NCBI GenBank assembly: GCA_000320545.1
Contig: ADNK01000156.1
Coordinates: forward strand, 1 to 64,000
From: Bigelowiella natans CCMP2755
Taxonomy: Eukaryota > Protista > Cercozoa
Direction: 5' to 3'
Length of the DNA: 64,000 bases
The position numbers and the translations under genes were made by a program. Each line of letters opens with the position of its first letter. Position 1 is the stretch's first letter. Shown here piece by piece: positions 36,286 to 51,505 of this stretch. Below the pieces are notes generated by a model that saw only the letters and a program-made list of their open reading frames with translations, had not been told where the DNA came from and did not search any database.

Positions 36286-37205
36286 CTATTCTTGCTTGGG
36301 CTTCATCCGATTCCTCCATCGACGCGCATCCGACTTGGTCTGGTACTCCTTGAATCTTGCAAAATAGCCACGCGTTTTCTGTACAAGACGGACGATATAC
36401 GGGGAACGGAAGAAGAAGAAGAAGAAGAAGAAGAAGAAGAAGAAGAAGGGGGATAAAGCACAGCACACATGTACGCCACCGAGGGAGAAATCATGAGGTT
36501 TGATTTGAGCGGAATCTTTACGGGTGAGTTTGTCGACGACGTTGAGGACGTATCGTCGGGGGATGGGGGAGAAGACCATCGATGAGTTGATGTATGTATG
36601 AGATGTTTACTCATATACTACTACTGCTACTACTACCCTTCTGCCGCGCGTCGCCTTCTGAATCCAATACTTAGGACGTTCGAATTTCACGCCACATCTC
36701 TTTTCGACCCACAGGACCAACTGGATGATGGCGAGGAGGGGGGGGGGGGGGGGGCATACGAAAGCAGTGTGTGTGTTGTGTTGTGTTGTGATGTGTTGTG
36801 CGTACTCCGTCGTTTGTGGACGAATGAATTCGTGGTAAGAGTAGGTGGCGTATTTGCGTGTCGCTCCTCCTCCTCCTCCTCTTCTTCCACAGATATCCTC
36901 GAAAGTAGAGTATAATGTTATTACATCTTCATCCCATTCTTCCTCTGGGAACGGTTCCTGATGATTCAATGGACGACGTGACAACAACAGCAGAGGAGGG
37001 AGCAGGACGAGTACATGCAGATTAGAACGCATACACACAATCACACACACACTAGCGAATTATCTCTACCATATGACTAACCCACTGACTAAATGACTGA
37101 CCTCGTTCAATTTCTGCCTTATCATGTCGGCACTGCGAAATAGGACCTGAATATGTGATAACACAGACACACACACACACACACACGCACGCACGCACAC
37201 AAAAA

Positions 37206-37248
<43 letters not shown>

Positions 37249-37921
37249 AGAGACGCAAAAATGAGGTAGACAGAGGCAAAACACACAACAATGATGAAGA
37301 CAAGCTCTTGCAACATGTTGTCGTGTGTTGTTATTATTGCAGAGGCTGATGAATGTTATCCTCTCCTCCTCCTCCTCCTCCTCCTCCTCCTCCTCCTCCT
37401 TTTGCTGCTGCTACTGCTGCTGCTGCTACTCGTGGTGGTGGTGCTACCTCCATTGGCTCGCATCCGTACTTCACTTCTAATTCCTTCATAATCTTTCCGC
37501 GATTTACATGCAAACACATCAAACAAAAAAACAATGATTGTACGCGGGACAGCGACCATTTGTGTTGTGGTAATTTCGATGTGATGATCGAGGGCGACGC
37601 TCTGGCCCAACCAAAAGACATGAGATGATCATCGTGCACATTGGGATGAGGTTTGTATTCCTCCCCGTTCCAAGGAAAAATGCGAAGAAATGATGGTGGC
37701 CTTCCCTGACCACAGAAAGCCGTTTTTGCTGGAGCATTGCCAGCGCTTCTCCTTTCTACAAAGGCAATAGATCAAACAAACAAAAAACGGAGTCATTTCA
37801 AACAAACACACCCTCCCTTGCAGCGCATCAACCATCGACCGCAAATAGACCAATCAGCAAGAATATCATCATATCATGCGTATAGTTGAGGACTGCCGCG
37901 AAGGTGTGAGATTAGCCTACT

Positions 37922-37952
<31 letters not shown>

Positions 37953-38107
37953 GCTATGACTAGCTGCTGTTCACTACTCGGGGTGGGTCGGCGATTTCTA
38001 AGAACCGATTGAGTAGCATCAGCTTTATATCGAGAGTGTAACGATCAAGTTTCTCCCTGACCATTCGGAAAGGAGCAGGAGGAGGAAATAAATAAATAAA
38101 AAATATG

Positions 38108-38138
<31 letters not shown>

Positions 38139-38200
38139 TTGAGGAGGAGGAGGAGGAGCATAAACAGAACGAGGAGCGCGGTTATATTGATGAACAACAT

Positions 38201-38239
<39 letters not shown>

Positions 38240-38363
38240 ATAAACACGTAGGTCGGCACTCCACAATAAAGATCTACTTCTCAAGAAGAAGATTAGTCCA
38301 CATTGACGTAGTCGTGGCAGTGCTTCTAGAGATGAATCGTTCGTATGTAACATTGATGGTGGG

Positions 38364-38430
<67 letters not shown>

Positions 38431-41400
38431 GAGAGAGAGTGTGTACCTGGATAAGGCAGTATCATCTTCATCCCCCATCTCTCCCCCTGCTGCTCCCTCC
38501 CCCCCCTCGTTACATTCCTCTGAAGACCATGGCTGAGGGGGGGCGCCAAAGCAGTGAGAAGAATAAAGAGGGGAGGGAGAGAAGGGAGGAGAGAGACGTA
38601 TAGATGTGTGAGAATATTGCCTCTGCTGCTGCTGCTGCTGCTGCTGCTTACTACTCTTTTCAGTACTATTCGTAGTACCCTCTGGCAGCATCGTGGGAAG
38701 TTGCATTTGTGCCTTGGCCCCTCACGGATAGGATCTTCCATGTCGTCGACGTCGTCGTTTCCCACGCCACGTTGAACGACGATGAGGATGTTAATAAAGA
38801 GGCAAACCACCACCACCACCACCACCACCACCACCATCAGACGAAGATAGCATGCACAAAGTGTGAGTAGTAGTCACAGAGTAGTACAGTTGGAGCTGCT
38901 GCGTTTGTTCTAGTCTTCTACTGCTGCTCTCTGCTGCTGTGTAGTGCTGATTTCATCGTCGTCGTTGATCAACCTTTTTTCAATCTACTACACATTCCTC
39001 CTCCGCCTCCTCCTCTTCTTCTTCTACTACTACTACTACTACTACTACTTCTTCTTCTTCTACTACTACTAGAATTTACCCGTGTTACAGGAGTCACAAA
39101 TTGAATACCCATGATCATCACAAAACCATCCAGGAATGCTCTGGATCTGAGGATGAGGGTTCGTGAGGAGGAGAAGGAAGGGAGGAGGAAAAGGACGAGG
39201 ACGAGGAGAAAGTGTCATCATGATCACCTCCCCATCCCCCCTCCCCCCCCTTCATCTTCCATCCTTCTTTTTGAGGTCGGCTACCTGAAGGTTCGTGAGC
39301 CCGGTGCGACAGGCAATACCTTCTAAGGCCATTTGGCGGTTGCACGTCCATCTGTAGTAGTAGTATCAATATCAATCGATAATAGTAGACGACGTCATCA
39401 TCATCATCATCAGTGATGGGGATTTCACGTTGATCGTAAATTGGAGCCGTAGGAGGATTAGAGAGGGGGGGGGGGGGGGAGGGAGAGGAATAGAAGTCAA
39501 GATGGAATACTCTCTCTGAGGTATAGCTGCTACTGAAATTAAGTTAGGCAACGTTCAAAACAATTAAGTACTACTCGATGTTTTCGTAGAGGCGCGGGCC
39601 CCACAGAGGGCAGCCCCCCACCCTGCACTTGAACATCGTAGACTTCACCTCACCGCGATAAGGGGGGCCAGATCCTCTCTACATATCACAGAGCAGAAGT
39701 GTGATTGACCTGCAGCTGATGAACACAGGCAATGCACGGTTGTAATCGCAGCTAATGGCACCTTACTATGTGTGCCTTCACCATCATCACCATCACCCTC
39801 CTCCGTCGTTAGTAGGCCCTTATCCGTGTCCTGCTCGTCGGTGACCTCCCATGGCTCGTTATACAGCACCGGCTGCGGTGGGGGAAGGGGAACAGTAGCA
39901 TAACAAGTTTAAGCAGCGGCAGCAGCAGCAGCAGCAGAAACATATATGTGTGTGGTCGATACTGCTGCTCCTCTCCTCTTCCTTCATTTTCCTCTCTATG
40001 GTGGTGGTGGAAGCTCTCCTCCTCCTCCTCCTACCTACCTACCTTCTGTCCAGGAGCCAGGTATGGCTCCATCTCCTTCCCGCCGTGGGCACGTGCTACC
40101 TTCCTTGGGTCCAGTTTGACTGGAAGAACACAAGGCCGACAATTAAAATATTATGATATGATGATGATGATGATGATGAGGAGGAGGAGGACGATGATGG
40201 GTTTGTAGCACACAGAAGGAAAGAGAAGGAAGAGAGAAAGAGGAGAGAGAGAGGAAGACTATCATGACGACGGAGCATTAAAAGAACGAGCGAGCTACGG
40301 AAGAATTCTTCTATTTGAAGCAAAGTGAAAAAACAAGGAGAATAAGCGGACGTAGACTATTTGCTATCTGTTTGTCTTCCCGGTGAACAAAAATGCAATC
40401 ATCATCACTATCATTATCATCATATTCATTATCATCATGCTTTACAGTTGCAACTGGGTCCTTTAGTAGTTAAATATACTACCAAATATGGGAGTCACGC
40501 CCGGTATGAACATGTCGCCATTGTTGTTATCATCCTCCTCCTGCTGCTCTTGGCCGTTGTTGTAGGTATTATTATTATTATTACCACCATTGTCGCCCAT
40601 GGTCTTGCGCCTCTTCGCAGCACTGCCCCCCTCTTCAGAGGGCTTCCAAGTTGAGTTTTGGTCCGATTCTCTCCCATCAGTAGCAATAGCAGGATTGATA
40701 TCCTCCTCCTCGTCGTCGATCTCCCTTAGTAGCTCACAGTAGTTTTCATCGCCTCCCCACCGCTCTTCAGTCACATTTTTGCCACCATTCGCCCCAATAT
40801 CTAGATCCCCAAAGAGGTCGCTCATTACATTTGTCGCGTTGTTCTTGGTGCTACGGGACCGATCAGCTGCCCCCCCCCCCCGTGGAGGAGGGGATGGCTC
40901 TTTGCTCGAAGAAGTTCGCGAACCTGTCGTTGTCGTCCGAGCAGTCGACCTCAAATGAACCACCTGTGTAAGTGCGCAATATCATATCGACGGGAAAGAT
41001 ACTAGATGAAAAACAATCCTGCGAAGCATTGTAACGCCACTCACTGCCTTGGATACAGGAGCAGAGAGAAGGAAAGGGAAGTTTCGACGATTGGTGGTGG
41101 CTTTTTGCTTGGGATTGTTCAATAATGTACATCATGCTGTGGTCACAAAGAAGATAAAGTGAATATTTTTCGCACTGAATGGTTCGTAGTCTTCGTCAAT
41201 AGCTTTATCTTCGTCGCCGCTGTTGTCGTCGTCGTCTCCCTTTGCTGACTCGAGATCAAGCGTTCGTTCACAAGGAGGAACAGACACATGATGTCAGTCA
41301 AGAGGCAAGATGCACATAAAAGACGTGTAATGCTTTCAACCAACTAAAAAACAGAAGTAACGAAAGTTTCACCTAGGTTCCATCCAAAGTCACCCCCACC

Positions 41401-41733
41401 CACAAGAGTCCGGCTGTGGCGCACGGATCGCAGTCGCGTCGCCGTGGCTGGGGAGGTACCAACGCCTCCTTACAATGAACATTAAGAATGCACACCAGAT
41501 ATCAAACCGATTAACTGCCACGATTGCCAAAAAAGGAAAACGAAGAATACACTCAACAAGCAAGCGGCGTTAAACACAAGCTGGATACGGATAAAAGGAG
41601 GAAAACACAAGCAACCGCTGCTTCGGATTCGGTCCGAAAGATGCCCCAGCGGCGTCCACAGGAACGGCACAACACCAGCAACAACCATCGCGGCCAGAGG
41701 GGTCCCCCTCCCCCTCTTCCCCCTCCTCTCCAT
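36286..41733 (-). CDS. large multi-exon hypothetical protein with acidic regions and a Cys-rich Zn-finger-like segment
   Basis: A chain of AG/GT-bounded coding-like blocks on the minus strand between microsatellite introns, for example WTCNRQ..IAC..|..WFCDDHGYSICDSC at 39352-39081. No family recognised and boundaries are approximate. Confidence 0.45.
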
Positions 41734-42331
41734 CAGTTTGCGAGCATTTCAGTGCTTAGATCACGGTGCTGCTGATCTGAGACTGATCTATCTGTTGCAG
41801 AGGGTCTCCATTCACGCAGGGAGATTGTTGCAGAATTATTGTGAGTTTTCAGTATAAAATATAAGCGTAAAATATCTAAAGAAATGTTGATTTTGTTACT
41901 CCTATAAACCCAAAAAATATTGTTCCAAACAGAGGAATTCTATTTAGTCATATTTTATTCCATGATATATCCATTGAGATAAACAATAACTTGTCCACGT
42001 AACAATTTTTCCGTTCGAGCAACCCCATCCACCCTCCCCCTCCCCACAGCGATCAACCTCCCCGAGCGCAGGATCCAGTTTTTCGAAATCCGGCCTCGAA
42101 GGTTTATGTGCAGATAGATAGTTCCTCTCTTCCCCCTTAAAACACATTGACCATCTCCGCCACCCATTCCTCGCGCAAGTAGAGCGCTCTCAAATTACCC
42201 GATCAAATAGTAGCCTTTCGAATACCCTTGCGAGCAGCATTCCATTCCTGCGACTTCTGTGTTGTTGTTGCCGTTAGCAGGATAATGCTCGTTGATGGAA
42301 TCCCACCCCCCACCCCCCCCGCCTATCTTCC

Positions 42332-42365
<34 letters not shown>

Positions 42366-42609
42366 CGTAGCAGGAGTAGGGTACTTTTTTGCTGTCGTCG
42401 TAACAGATGATCAGCTCTTTTGCTCCACGACATTGCCGCTGTACTATTAAATTCCATGATCGTTATCACACACTATATACCCTGCTCATACAATGTTGCT
42501 AGGAGTGCAAATAGTGGATTGAACGCCGCAGATTGAACGCCGCACACCACCACACGGCGGCCTTCGTGAGAAGAACAGAAGCACACACCTCTTCTTGGTT
42601 TCCCCTGCT

Positions 42610-43633
42610 ATGGAGTTAAGAATGGTGGTGTCACATATAACCGCTATGTGCCCAGCCATGGCGTTACTAGTTCTCCTCATGGAAAATTCCTCGTCCTCCT
42701 ATCAATCCGCAGAACGATCTTCTTTATCTCAAACACCACCATCATATTCATTTCGCGCGACGAGGGTGCGAGGCTCCGTTGCTCCCCATCATCCTCATAC
42801 CCGTAATCATGACTACTCGCGCGCCTTCTCGTCAGCTAGCTCATCTCCCTCGCGGCGTCGACAGCGTGCCATCAATTACTACAAAAGCAATCGAAACCCA
42901 CAACGACGTTGTCAGATGTCTCCTCTTCCTCCTCCTCCGGTACCGTGTAGGGGCTTGATTGGAGGTATAGGAGGAGGGATTGTTACGACTACTGCCACAG
43001 CAGCAAAACATACTACTGCTACGAATGAGGAGGACAACAAGCGGGGCGACGAGAGACCTACTCGTCGTGGGAGGAAGATGGAGGTAGTGTTCGGTTATAT
43101 CGGTACCGGGTACATAGGTGTGCAGTTTCAGAATGGTGATAACACGGGTGGGGCGCGCACGGTCAGCGACGATCTTGAAGACTCGCTTTACCAATGGGGA
43201 GGCATCAAGCAGGTTGGGTGGTATATAGCACAGAAGAAGAAGAAAAAGAAGAAGAAGAAGAAGAAGAAGAAGAAGAGTAACAGCAAGCGTTCCGAATCGT
43301 CGTCTCCCTATCGCCCTGCCGCCGCCCCGCCATGATGTGTGAAGAGCCTCAGTCAGCATATTCTATCATTTATTTGCCTCCGTACTTTCATCTCATCAGG
43401 TAAACTACCGGCCATTCAGGATGACCTCAGACAGAGCGTTTAATTACTCCATCAAATGGAACTACGCTTCTCGTACGGATAAAGGCGTGCATGCCACCGC
43501 GAATATCATTGGGTGCGTGCTGCTGAATAGTAGTGAAGAGGAGGAGGAGGAGGAGGAGGTGGAGGAGAGCTACTGGTGGTGGTGGTGGTGGTGATGGTGG
43601 TAATGGTGGTGACGATGGTGCAAGGCGATGAAC

Positions 43634-43689
<56 letters not shown>

Positions 43690-46134
43690 AGTATTGACTG
43701 TGTTCGATTCTGCAAATTGCCTGGACAAGCATATCATCATCGTCACCTTCGTCGTCATCATCATCATCATCATCTTTCCCATCTTCTCCTCGGTTTGTCT
43801 CTTTATTATAATGTACAAGCACGAAACTGCTGGTAGATCCATCAGAGCTAGAGGCTAATGCGGGGGTAGACCTTCAGTGGCTAGTAGCTTGGACGCTTTA
43901 TGCAATGATGATGAGAACATGATATTCTCAAAGATGATTCAATGGAAGAAGCACTTAAATGAAGCAGCAGCCACCATCGATAATAATAATAATAATAATA
44001 ATAATGACAACAACAACAACGATGACACACTGACGCACACAGAGACTATCTATCTGTAAAGTAGATAGCCGTTGCATTGTCCCTCCACACGTTATCATTG
44101 TCTCTGTATTCGGAAGACCGATGATAGTAATCATATTTCTCGTATTATTATTTGCATATAGCACCTGTCACAGTCCTCCATTGATGAGATGAATCAGTAC
44201 TTAAACTCCTCAAGGATCCGCGTATTCGATGCTTATCGAGTAGCGCAGGTGCCTTCTATCACGCAATTGCTGTGTTATGCGCTGAGCGCGTGCTATTCGT
44301 CATTCAGTCCTCGTCACCTGATAGCCTGCTCATTATCTCTTCTTTACTTGTGCTGTATCTTCCTCCTCTTCTTCTTCTTCTTCTTCTTCTACTTCTTCTC
44401 CTGGCTGTTGTTATGCTGTTGTTTTTCTCCTCCTCGCTCTTGTTCCCGGGTGCCCCAGGGCGCGAATGCAAGGAAATGGGCGGAGAGCAGGATGTACCGA
44501 TATCTCATACCGTCCGAGTACATAAATGGTAGCAGTGCGACGTGCGCTGGAGAAGAATCAGAAGAAGAAGAAGAAGAAGAAGAAGAAGAAGATGGAGACG
44601 AAACAGTAGAGAAGAGGAGGGAGAAGAAACAGTAGAGAAGAGGAGGGAGAAGAAGTTGAGCGGGTGCTTTCTGTATCATCGGTGGAGTGGACGGGATACG
44701 TCGTCCATTCGCTCGACTGCATATTGTTTTATCCCCTTGCAAGATAGACGAAAAGATCAATACGACCGAAGGAGAGGGAGTTGCCGAGCAAGTGAGGATG
44801 TTACTTTATACATGTACATGTGTGTGTGTGTGTTATTAGGGGACATTAAAGGCCTCGAGAGAGTCCTGAGCAAGTTCATCGGCACTCACAGATTCTGCAA
44901 CTTTGCAGGTAGGTAGGTAGGTAGGTAGGTAGGTAGGTGGTAGTAGCTCAAGATCATCATCCATATTGGATGATGATGATGGTGATGATGAGAGTATCAT
45001 GTGGGAGGAGGAGGAGGAGGAGGATTGAATACTTGTGGTGACTAATACCTGACAACGATGGACAACATCAATATTACTAACAATTGTGGTTGTTGTTGTT
45101 GTTATTGCTATATGTTGATCCATTTCCCTCAGGTAAAATAGCCAGAGTGGATACAAACAATAAGAAGAGGAAAGACTACACCAAAGCGAAGAACGAGAGA
45201 GAGCAAAAGTTTCTCGATATCGCACATGAGCTGGATGACCCAGAATGGCGAGTCATTCACGCTCAAAAACGCAAAGAGGTACAAATATACAGCTGATGTA
45301 TATATTAATGCTGGCACTTTCATCATCCTGCTCCTCCCCCCCCCCCCCCCCTCCCCCTTCCGTTTCCTCCATCATGTCGCTTAAACGCATCGTCGGCCAT
45401 CGCTGCGTTTGCATAACAATCTGCAATATATGCACCGCCGTTACTATAACATATCCACTGCTAGGCATCAATTCATCAACCTCGATGATGGTTGGTGATG
45501 ATGATAAAAAGCTTTCATTACTTCGCCTCTCTCAGCGTCGTCTTTGATGTGTCCCCCCCCCCCTAACAGCCCCGGTTCTCTAGGACAATACTTGATATAA
45601 GGGTGGAGGCTCGTCGCCTGGCAGAGCAGGACTTCGCTGAAGTTACACTGGTATGCTGCGAATATAGGGACAATTGAAGCAGCACCTGTTACAGTCAATG
45701 CTGTCAATTCATCATAATCACCATCATCACCATCATGAATATCACCATTTCTATAAATACTATCATTATTTTGGTTATTCAAAGCGTGGCTCTCTGTGGA
45801 TGAATTCTCTCCTCTCTCTCTCTCTCTCTTCTAGGTAGGAAGGAGCTTCGTGATGCATCAGATCAGGAAGATCATCGGCGGGGTACCATCACCCCTAGTC
45901 GTGTTAGAGCTGGAGAGAAGGCGTCGGAGAGTAGAGAAGAAGAAGAAGGAGGAGGAGGAGGGGGGAAAGGAGAAAGAGATAACGATGGCCTTGTATATTG
46001 CTGCCTATCTCCGATGTGATTATTAGCACTAGTATCAAAATATAGCGATTACAAAAAGAGTGAAATACTCCTCTCCTCCTCACCCTTACCTATATCTTCT
46101 TCCTACTCCACCATCATCGTCGTCGTCATCATCG

Positions 46135-46165
<31 letters not shown>

Positions 46166-46277
46166 TCACAGGCGATGTCCGTTGTGAGAGGGGACCTGCC
46201 CGAGGAGGTGTTGGATATATCTCTCAAATCTGTCTTTCAAGTAAGGAGAGGATAAAGAGAGAAACTGAAGAATGAGT

Positions 46278-46314
<37 letters not shown>

Positions 46315-47163
46315 GAATAGGTAGGGGAAAGGGGAAAGGGGAAAGGGGGGGGGAGTGGGGGGGAGGATAACGCTACCGAAGTATCTTCGCAGAAGCAAAG
46401 AGATACGACGATTGATTTAGATTTGGTTGATGCTATTGGAGATCATGTTGATTCATGATATCATATCCATCATCACCACACTCTTCATCGTGAATCCTAT
46501 CGTCGCTGCCGTCTTCTTCTTCTTCTTCTTCTTCTTTTCATCATCATCATCATATTCATCACCATCACAGCAAGCAAGCTGGGGAGCGCATACAAATAAC
46601 ACAACAGCAGTAGCAACAAACAACAGTAACAAAATGCTGAAAAACGACGACGTAGGTATATGTTCCGCTTGCACCAGGCGCCATGCTCATCTTGGATTCT
46701 GTGAATCCGCGGTCGGTAGTAGTAGTAGTAGTAGTAGTAGTAGTATGATGATGATGATGATGATGATGATGAGGATGAGGATGAGGAGGTGGAGGAGTAT
46801 AATGAAATTCAATATGATCATGGTTATCAAGTGCACGATGATGATGATATTGATGATGATGATGATAGTCATATGCCGTGATGAACTAATCCATACTTTC
46901 ATGATAGTGAAATTCGCGCCTTCGTCGAGGAGACGAGAAAGACTGAGAAAGATGATGGTGGAGGGGCGAGTGATAGTCAGCAAGCTTCTTCTCAAGGCAG
47001 CATCGCCGCATCTGCTGCTGTTCTACGCACAAAACGAGCGGCAAAGCCTACGGATGGGCGGTGGGACATACAGAAAGACGGTATTACTACTACAATAAAG
47101 AGAGGATGATAGGAGAGGAGAACGAGAAGAAGAAGAAGAAGAAGAAAGGCGAGAAGAACCACG

Positions 47164-47207
<44 letters not shown>

Positions 47208-47445
47208 GGTGTGTGGGAGATATCAACGAGTAATGATACCTACGATACTCGTTCCTTCATCTCCCGCTTTTCTCGTTTTGTACTTCTCCTTCTTCTGTTC
47301 TTCTGCTTTACTGCTGGCAGATCAAGTGGCCAGACGAGCGAGGAATGCTGCAGAAAGCTTCAGAGACTCGATTATCCTCCCCCATGCTGCCGAAATCGCT
47401 ACAAACCCATCGGTTAGTATGAGGGAGGAAGAAAACAAGAATCAT

Positions 47446-47487
<42 letters not shown>

Positions 47488-47829
47488 GAGGAGGAGGAGG
47501 AGGAGGAGGAGAGAAGGATATACACATATACATGTGTTATGTATCATTTGCTCACTCACCGCTTAAACCGCCAACACATCAACCAAATGAGAATGATGAC
47601 AAGTCCTTTTTATGATACGAACGCGTATTGTTGTTGAAAGATCTGGGAGGAATTTGCCAAGGAAGTATCAATGATGAAAGATCGCCACGGAGACTACGAC
47701 CGACTTATGATGAAGCAACGAAAGTTCTCGCTCCTTCTCTCCTCTTCCTCCTCCACCTCCACATCTGCCCTCCTATAAAGCTCGAATCATCACGAATGTC
47801 CTTTCGATTCTCACATATGACATTCACTT

Positions 47830-47883
<54 letters not shown>

Positions 47884-47967
47884 ACACACACACACACACA
47901 CACACACACGCATTCGCAGATGGGAAGCGTACCAGGAAGAGATGTTTCAGATGCGCCGTGATGCTGG

Positions 47968-48002
<35 letters not shown>

Positions 48003-48153
48003 TGTGGTAGAAGAAGATAGGATTATTGTTATCATCTGCGTTCTGCTACAGCACGACCCAAAGACACCAAAATGATGACAGGCATATTCCACATGAAAAC
48101 ATCAGCTGCTCGACGAATTTTCACATTGGAAGCCGAACCTAGTTGCGTTCAAT

Positions 48154-48185
<32 letters not shown>

Positions 48186-48639
48186 CTACATATAGCCCCC
48201 CACCCCTCCCCCCCCTCCCCCCCCCCCTCTCTCTCTCTCCCTCTCCCTCTCTCACGCACACACACACACATACACACACACACACACACAACGCAGCATG
48301 GTGGGCTTGAAGGAGAAGCACGCATTGGAGAAGAATGAGCGCGAAGAAGCTAGGCTTCAGAACAAGGAGAAACGAGCGGCGAGGCGAACCTACTTCAGGG
48401 GTTTGCGCATGATGAATAAGGGGAAGATAAAGGAAGAGGGGTCAAAGGTCCATCATGATGGCGCCTCTATATCGACCAGCCAAGACAGTGTCTCATCTTC
48501 TCAACAAGGTGCCGGCGGAACGACCGCAGATCATCCGCACACGACAAGTAGTGAAAGTACGCGAACGAAGCGGGTAGGTTTGATATCCTCCTTCGTGGCA
48601 GGTGTGAGAAGCTTCATTAGAAATCGTTTCACTATGTAA
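42610..48639 (+). CDS. PUS1: tRNA pseudouridine synthase, TruA/Pus1 family, with a signal-plus-transit-like leader; multi-exon
   Basis: FGYIGTGYIGVQFQ, catalytic SRTDKGVHA (D at 43478), RMYRYLIP, FIGTHRFCNF, GRSFVMHQIRKIIG and VPLAPG. Confidence 0.88.
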
Positions 48640-49285
48640 CAACCGTGTCGTAGCTGCAGGAAGGAAGTTTTGACGATGAGTACAGCTCATTAGCGTCAAC
48701 ATGCAGTAGCTAGGCAGCGAACAGAATCAGCAGCCCGTATACTAGTTAGCAATATATCCTTATTGTTCGTAAATATCTTCGTTGTCATCGCTCGATCACC
48801 TGGCGTGCACCAAGCCAAGCAGCTTGTATCATGTAATGATGATGGATGATGAGACTCACTGATGCTGGGCTGGTCATTAATTTAGTTTGGTGCTTAGTCG
48901 CACGCACGGTACGTACACGTCCAACCTTTTAATGCTTAAAAGCCCCGCTTGTTGTCGTAAAAAGTACGCATTCGTGCATGCATATGCATGGCTTGCTAAA
49001 TTTCGATCAGGCAAATGGCCAGCACCGGGTATGTTCGTTTGCGAAACAGGGAAAAACTGCCCGCTGTGGAGATATTGCTTCACATTATGAGTAGAACGTA
49101 CTATGACGGTGGAATGCCTGTGGTATGTACCGCGTGCGTACAACAGCAATCATGCCACGTAACAATATCGCAAGTTTACAGGCAATTACATTTATTCCTG
49201 TGACATTTTAACACTATCGCTCGCACTTTACTTGATCCCCATTTTTTGTGGTCGGTCGGTCGGTCGGTCGGTCGGTCGGTTGGCA

Positions 49286-49635
49286 TCACTTATTTGTTTG
49301 CCGCTCGGCATCATCAGCAGTGTCAGAATCAGAGAACTTTGACGTTGACAACACATTTGCATCATCACCATCAATGGAGACGAATGCTGGATGGTGTGCG
49401 GGCCCGACTCCGAGAAGGCGTAGCATAGGCAGCAGTACACGGTTTTCCACAGTTCTCATCACACGTGCAACTGGGTTGTCCCCCTAACGATATATTAAAT
49501 CATGGTCGAGTAATTACGAAACGACTCTCCCTGGCAGCAGTATTTGTCAACAACCGGGTGCCGTTGCCGTGGTTCGAATACGATCCGTGTGTGGAATATG
49601 CACGTTTATACAACGGAGCAGCAACGTATATATAA

Positions 49636-49680
<45 letters not shown>

Positions 49681-49948
49681 ATATACATATATGACAGACC
49701 ATCAAAGTGCCAAAAAGCCGGAAAAAGAGAAAAATAAGAAAGAATGTAACGGAGCAAGCACCTTCAACCCCAGAGGTTCCTTAACGTGAACAGTGAGAAT
49801 CCCATACATTGAGCCGAAAAGCACATCGGTAAGTATTCGGTCGCCTGATGATTGGTGCGCAGATGCCAGCAAGGCAAGCGCATTTGAGTTAGGTTTGTTG
49901 ATGTTATCATTACCGTTGTGGTTGACGATTACGATGACGATACACTAC

Positions 49949-49981
<33 letters not shown>

Positions 49982-50327
49982 GGAAGTTGACTTTCTCACC
50001 GACAACGCACATGCTCTCTGGCTGGACGAGAGCCTTGTCAGGAAAGTGTTCCATAAGCTCCACAAAGCCCTTAGGCTTCTTCTCTCTAATCATCAGTAGA
50101 AGGGGGGGGGGGGGGAGAACGAACGATTTCACGATTGCAGCAGCAATTGTCGTACACAACGGTAGTGAGATGCTGCTCTGTGGTGTACGTCAACACACAC
50201 ATACACACATTCTACCATTCGCATAAAGCAGTACCTATGTCGCAGGACTGGAATACCCAGCGTCCTCTCGATGTGCTTCGCTTCTGCGAACTATGCGACA
50301 GGAGAGAGGGAGGGTGGATCCAGAATG

Positions 50328-50364
<37 letters not shown>

Positions 50365-50433
50365 TTTTATATATCTTACGTTTCTGTCGTCTAGAGTCCC
50401 CGCGGAATTTGACATCAGAACCTAATACACACA

Positions 50434-50470
<37 letters not shown>

Positions 50471-50473
50471 GGA

Positions 50474-50517
<44 letters not shown>

Positions 50518-51505
50518 AAGAGGTAAATAAATCGATTCATACTACGACCTCTAATTCTTTTTCTTCTTCTTCTTCTATTTACCCCTGCAAAGTACTAATC
50601 GATCACAGTCATACATACTACCACATTTTCAGCGCCGAATTCCTCCAGGCACCTTGCGAGTCCCTCTTTCGCAGACGCGTGGATTTCGGAGCCATAGGGA
50701 GCGGTCAGCGTGTTGTCTTTATCGAATACCACGGCGCGGATCTTTTAGGGAAAGTGAGCGAAGGGGGGGAGGGGCGAATTGATGGCAATGATGGCAAGAT
50801 AGAGCCAGCGTACACACACACACTCTCTCTCTCTCTCTCTCTCTTCTACATGTGGATCGTTCACGAAGTGGCAGAGTGTTCCCCACAAATTACGGATACT
50901 ACTGCCGAAAGACTATAATTGAGATGCGGTAGAAAGGGAGAAGCGCTTGTTGTATTTCACTCTAGGAATTTATTGTATACGATTGCGCGCATCCATCCAA
51001 ACGTGAGTAATGTATTATTAACCCCAGCCTCCTTGAGCGCCTTAAAACAAATTTCGTTGACGTTGTAGGCGTTGACGTGGGGAATCAGGAACGAAGGGCG
51101 GCGGATCGCCACCCCTAAACACCGTATGGCATCTGATATAATGTGATAAGTGAGCAGCAGGTGGACAAATTGTTGTTTAAAACAACATCGGAGAAATCAG
51201 TATCGATTTTATTAGATTTGTCACACACTCATTGGACTATTACCCAAGTTGAAACTCTGGCCGAAGCTGCGCTTTGAATTGCTGCTGTGACTGGTGCTTT
51301 TACTGCTGCTCAAAGAACGCCGACCAACACACCTGGAGGGTTTGAGGTACCCCATTCTTCCTCTCCCCCTTCCGAATATGATTGTCCCAGCATCTACGGT
51401 GGTGAAAACCAAAGCTTTCAATGTGCAATCACAACATGCGAGAGCACGTGTAAGATTACCGGTTCCTAGTACCGACGAAAACGTTCTGCCGAACTTGCGA
51501 AGCAT
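49286..51505 (-). CDS. GEP4: phosphatidylglycerophosphatase (GEP4/PGPP1, YqeG-type HAD family); multi-exon
   Basis: RRPSFLIPHV, HAD motif I VVFDKDNTLTAPY (50723-50709), MSNSAGT, EKKP and CVVG-DRILTDVLFG. N-terminus MLRKFGRTFSS looks like a presequence. Confidence 0.88.
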
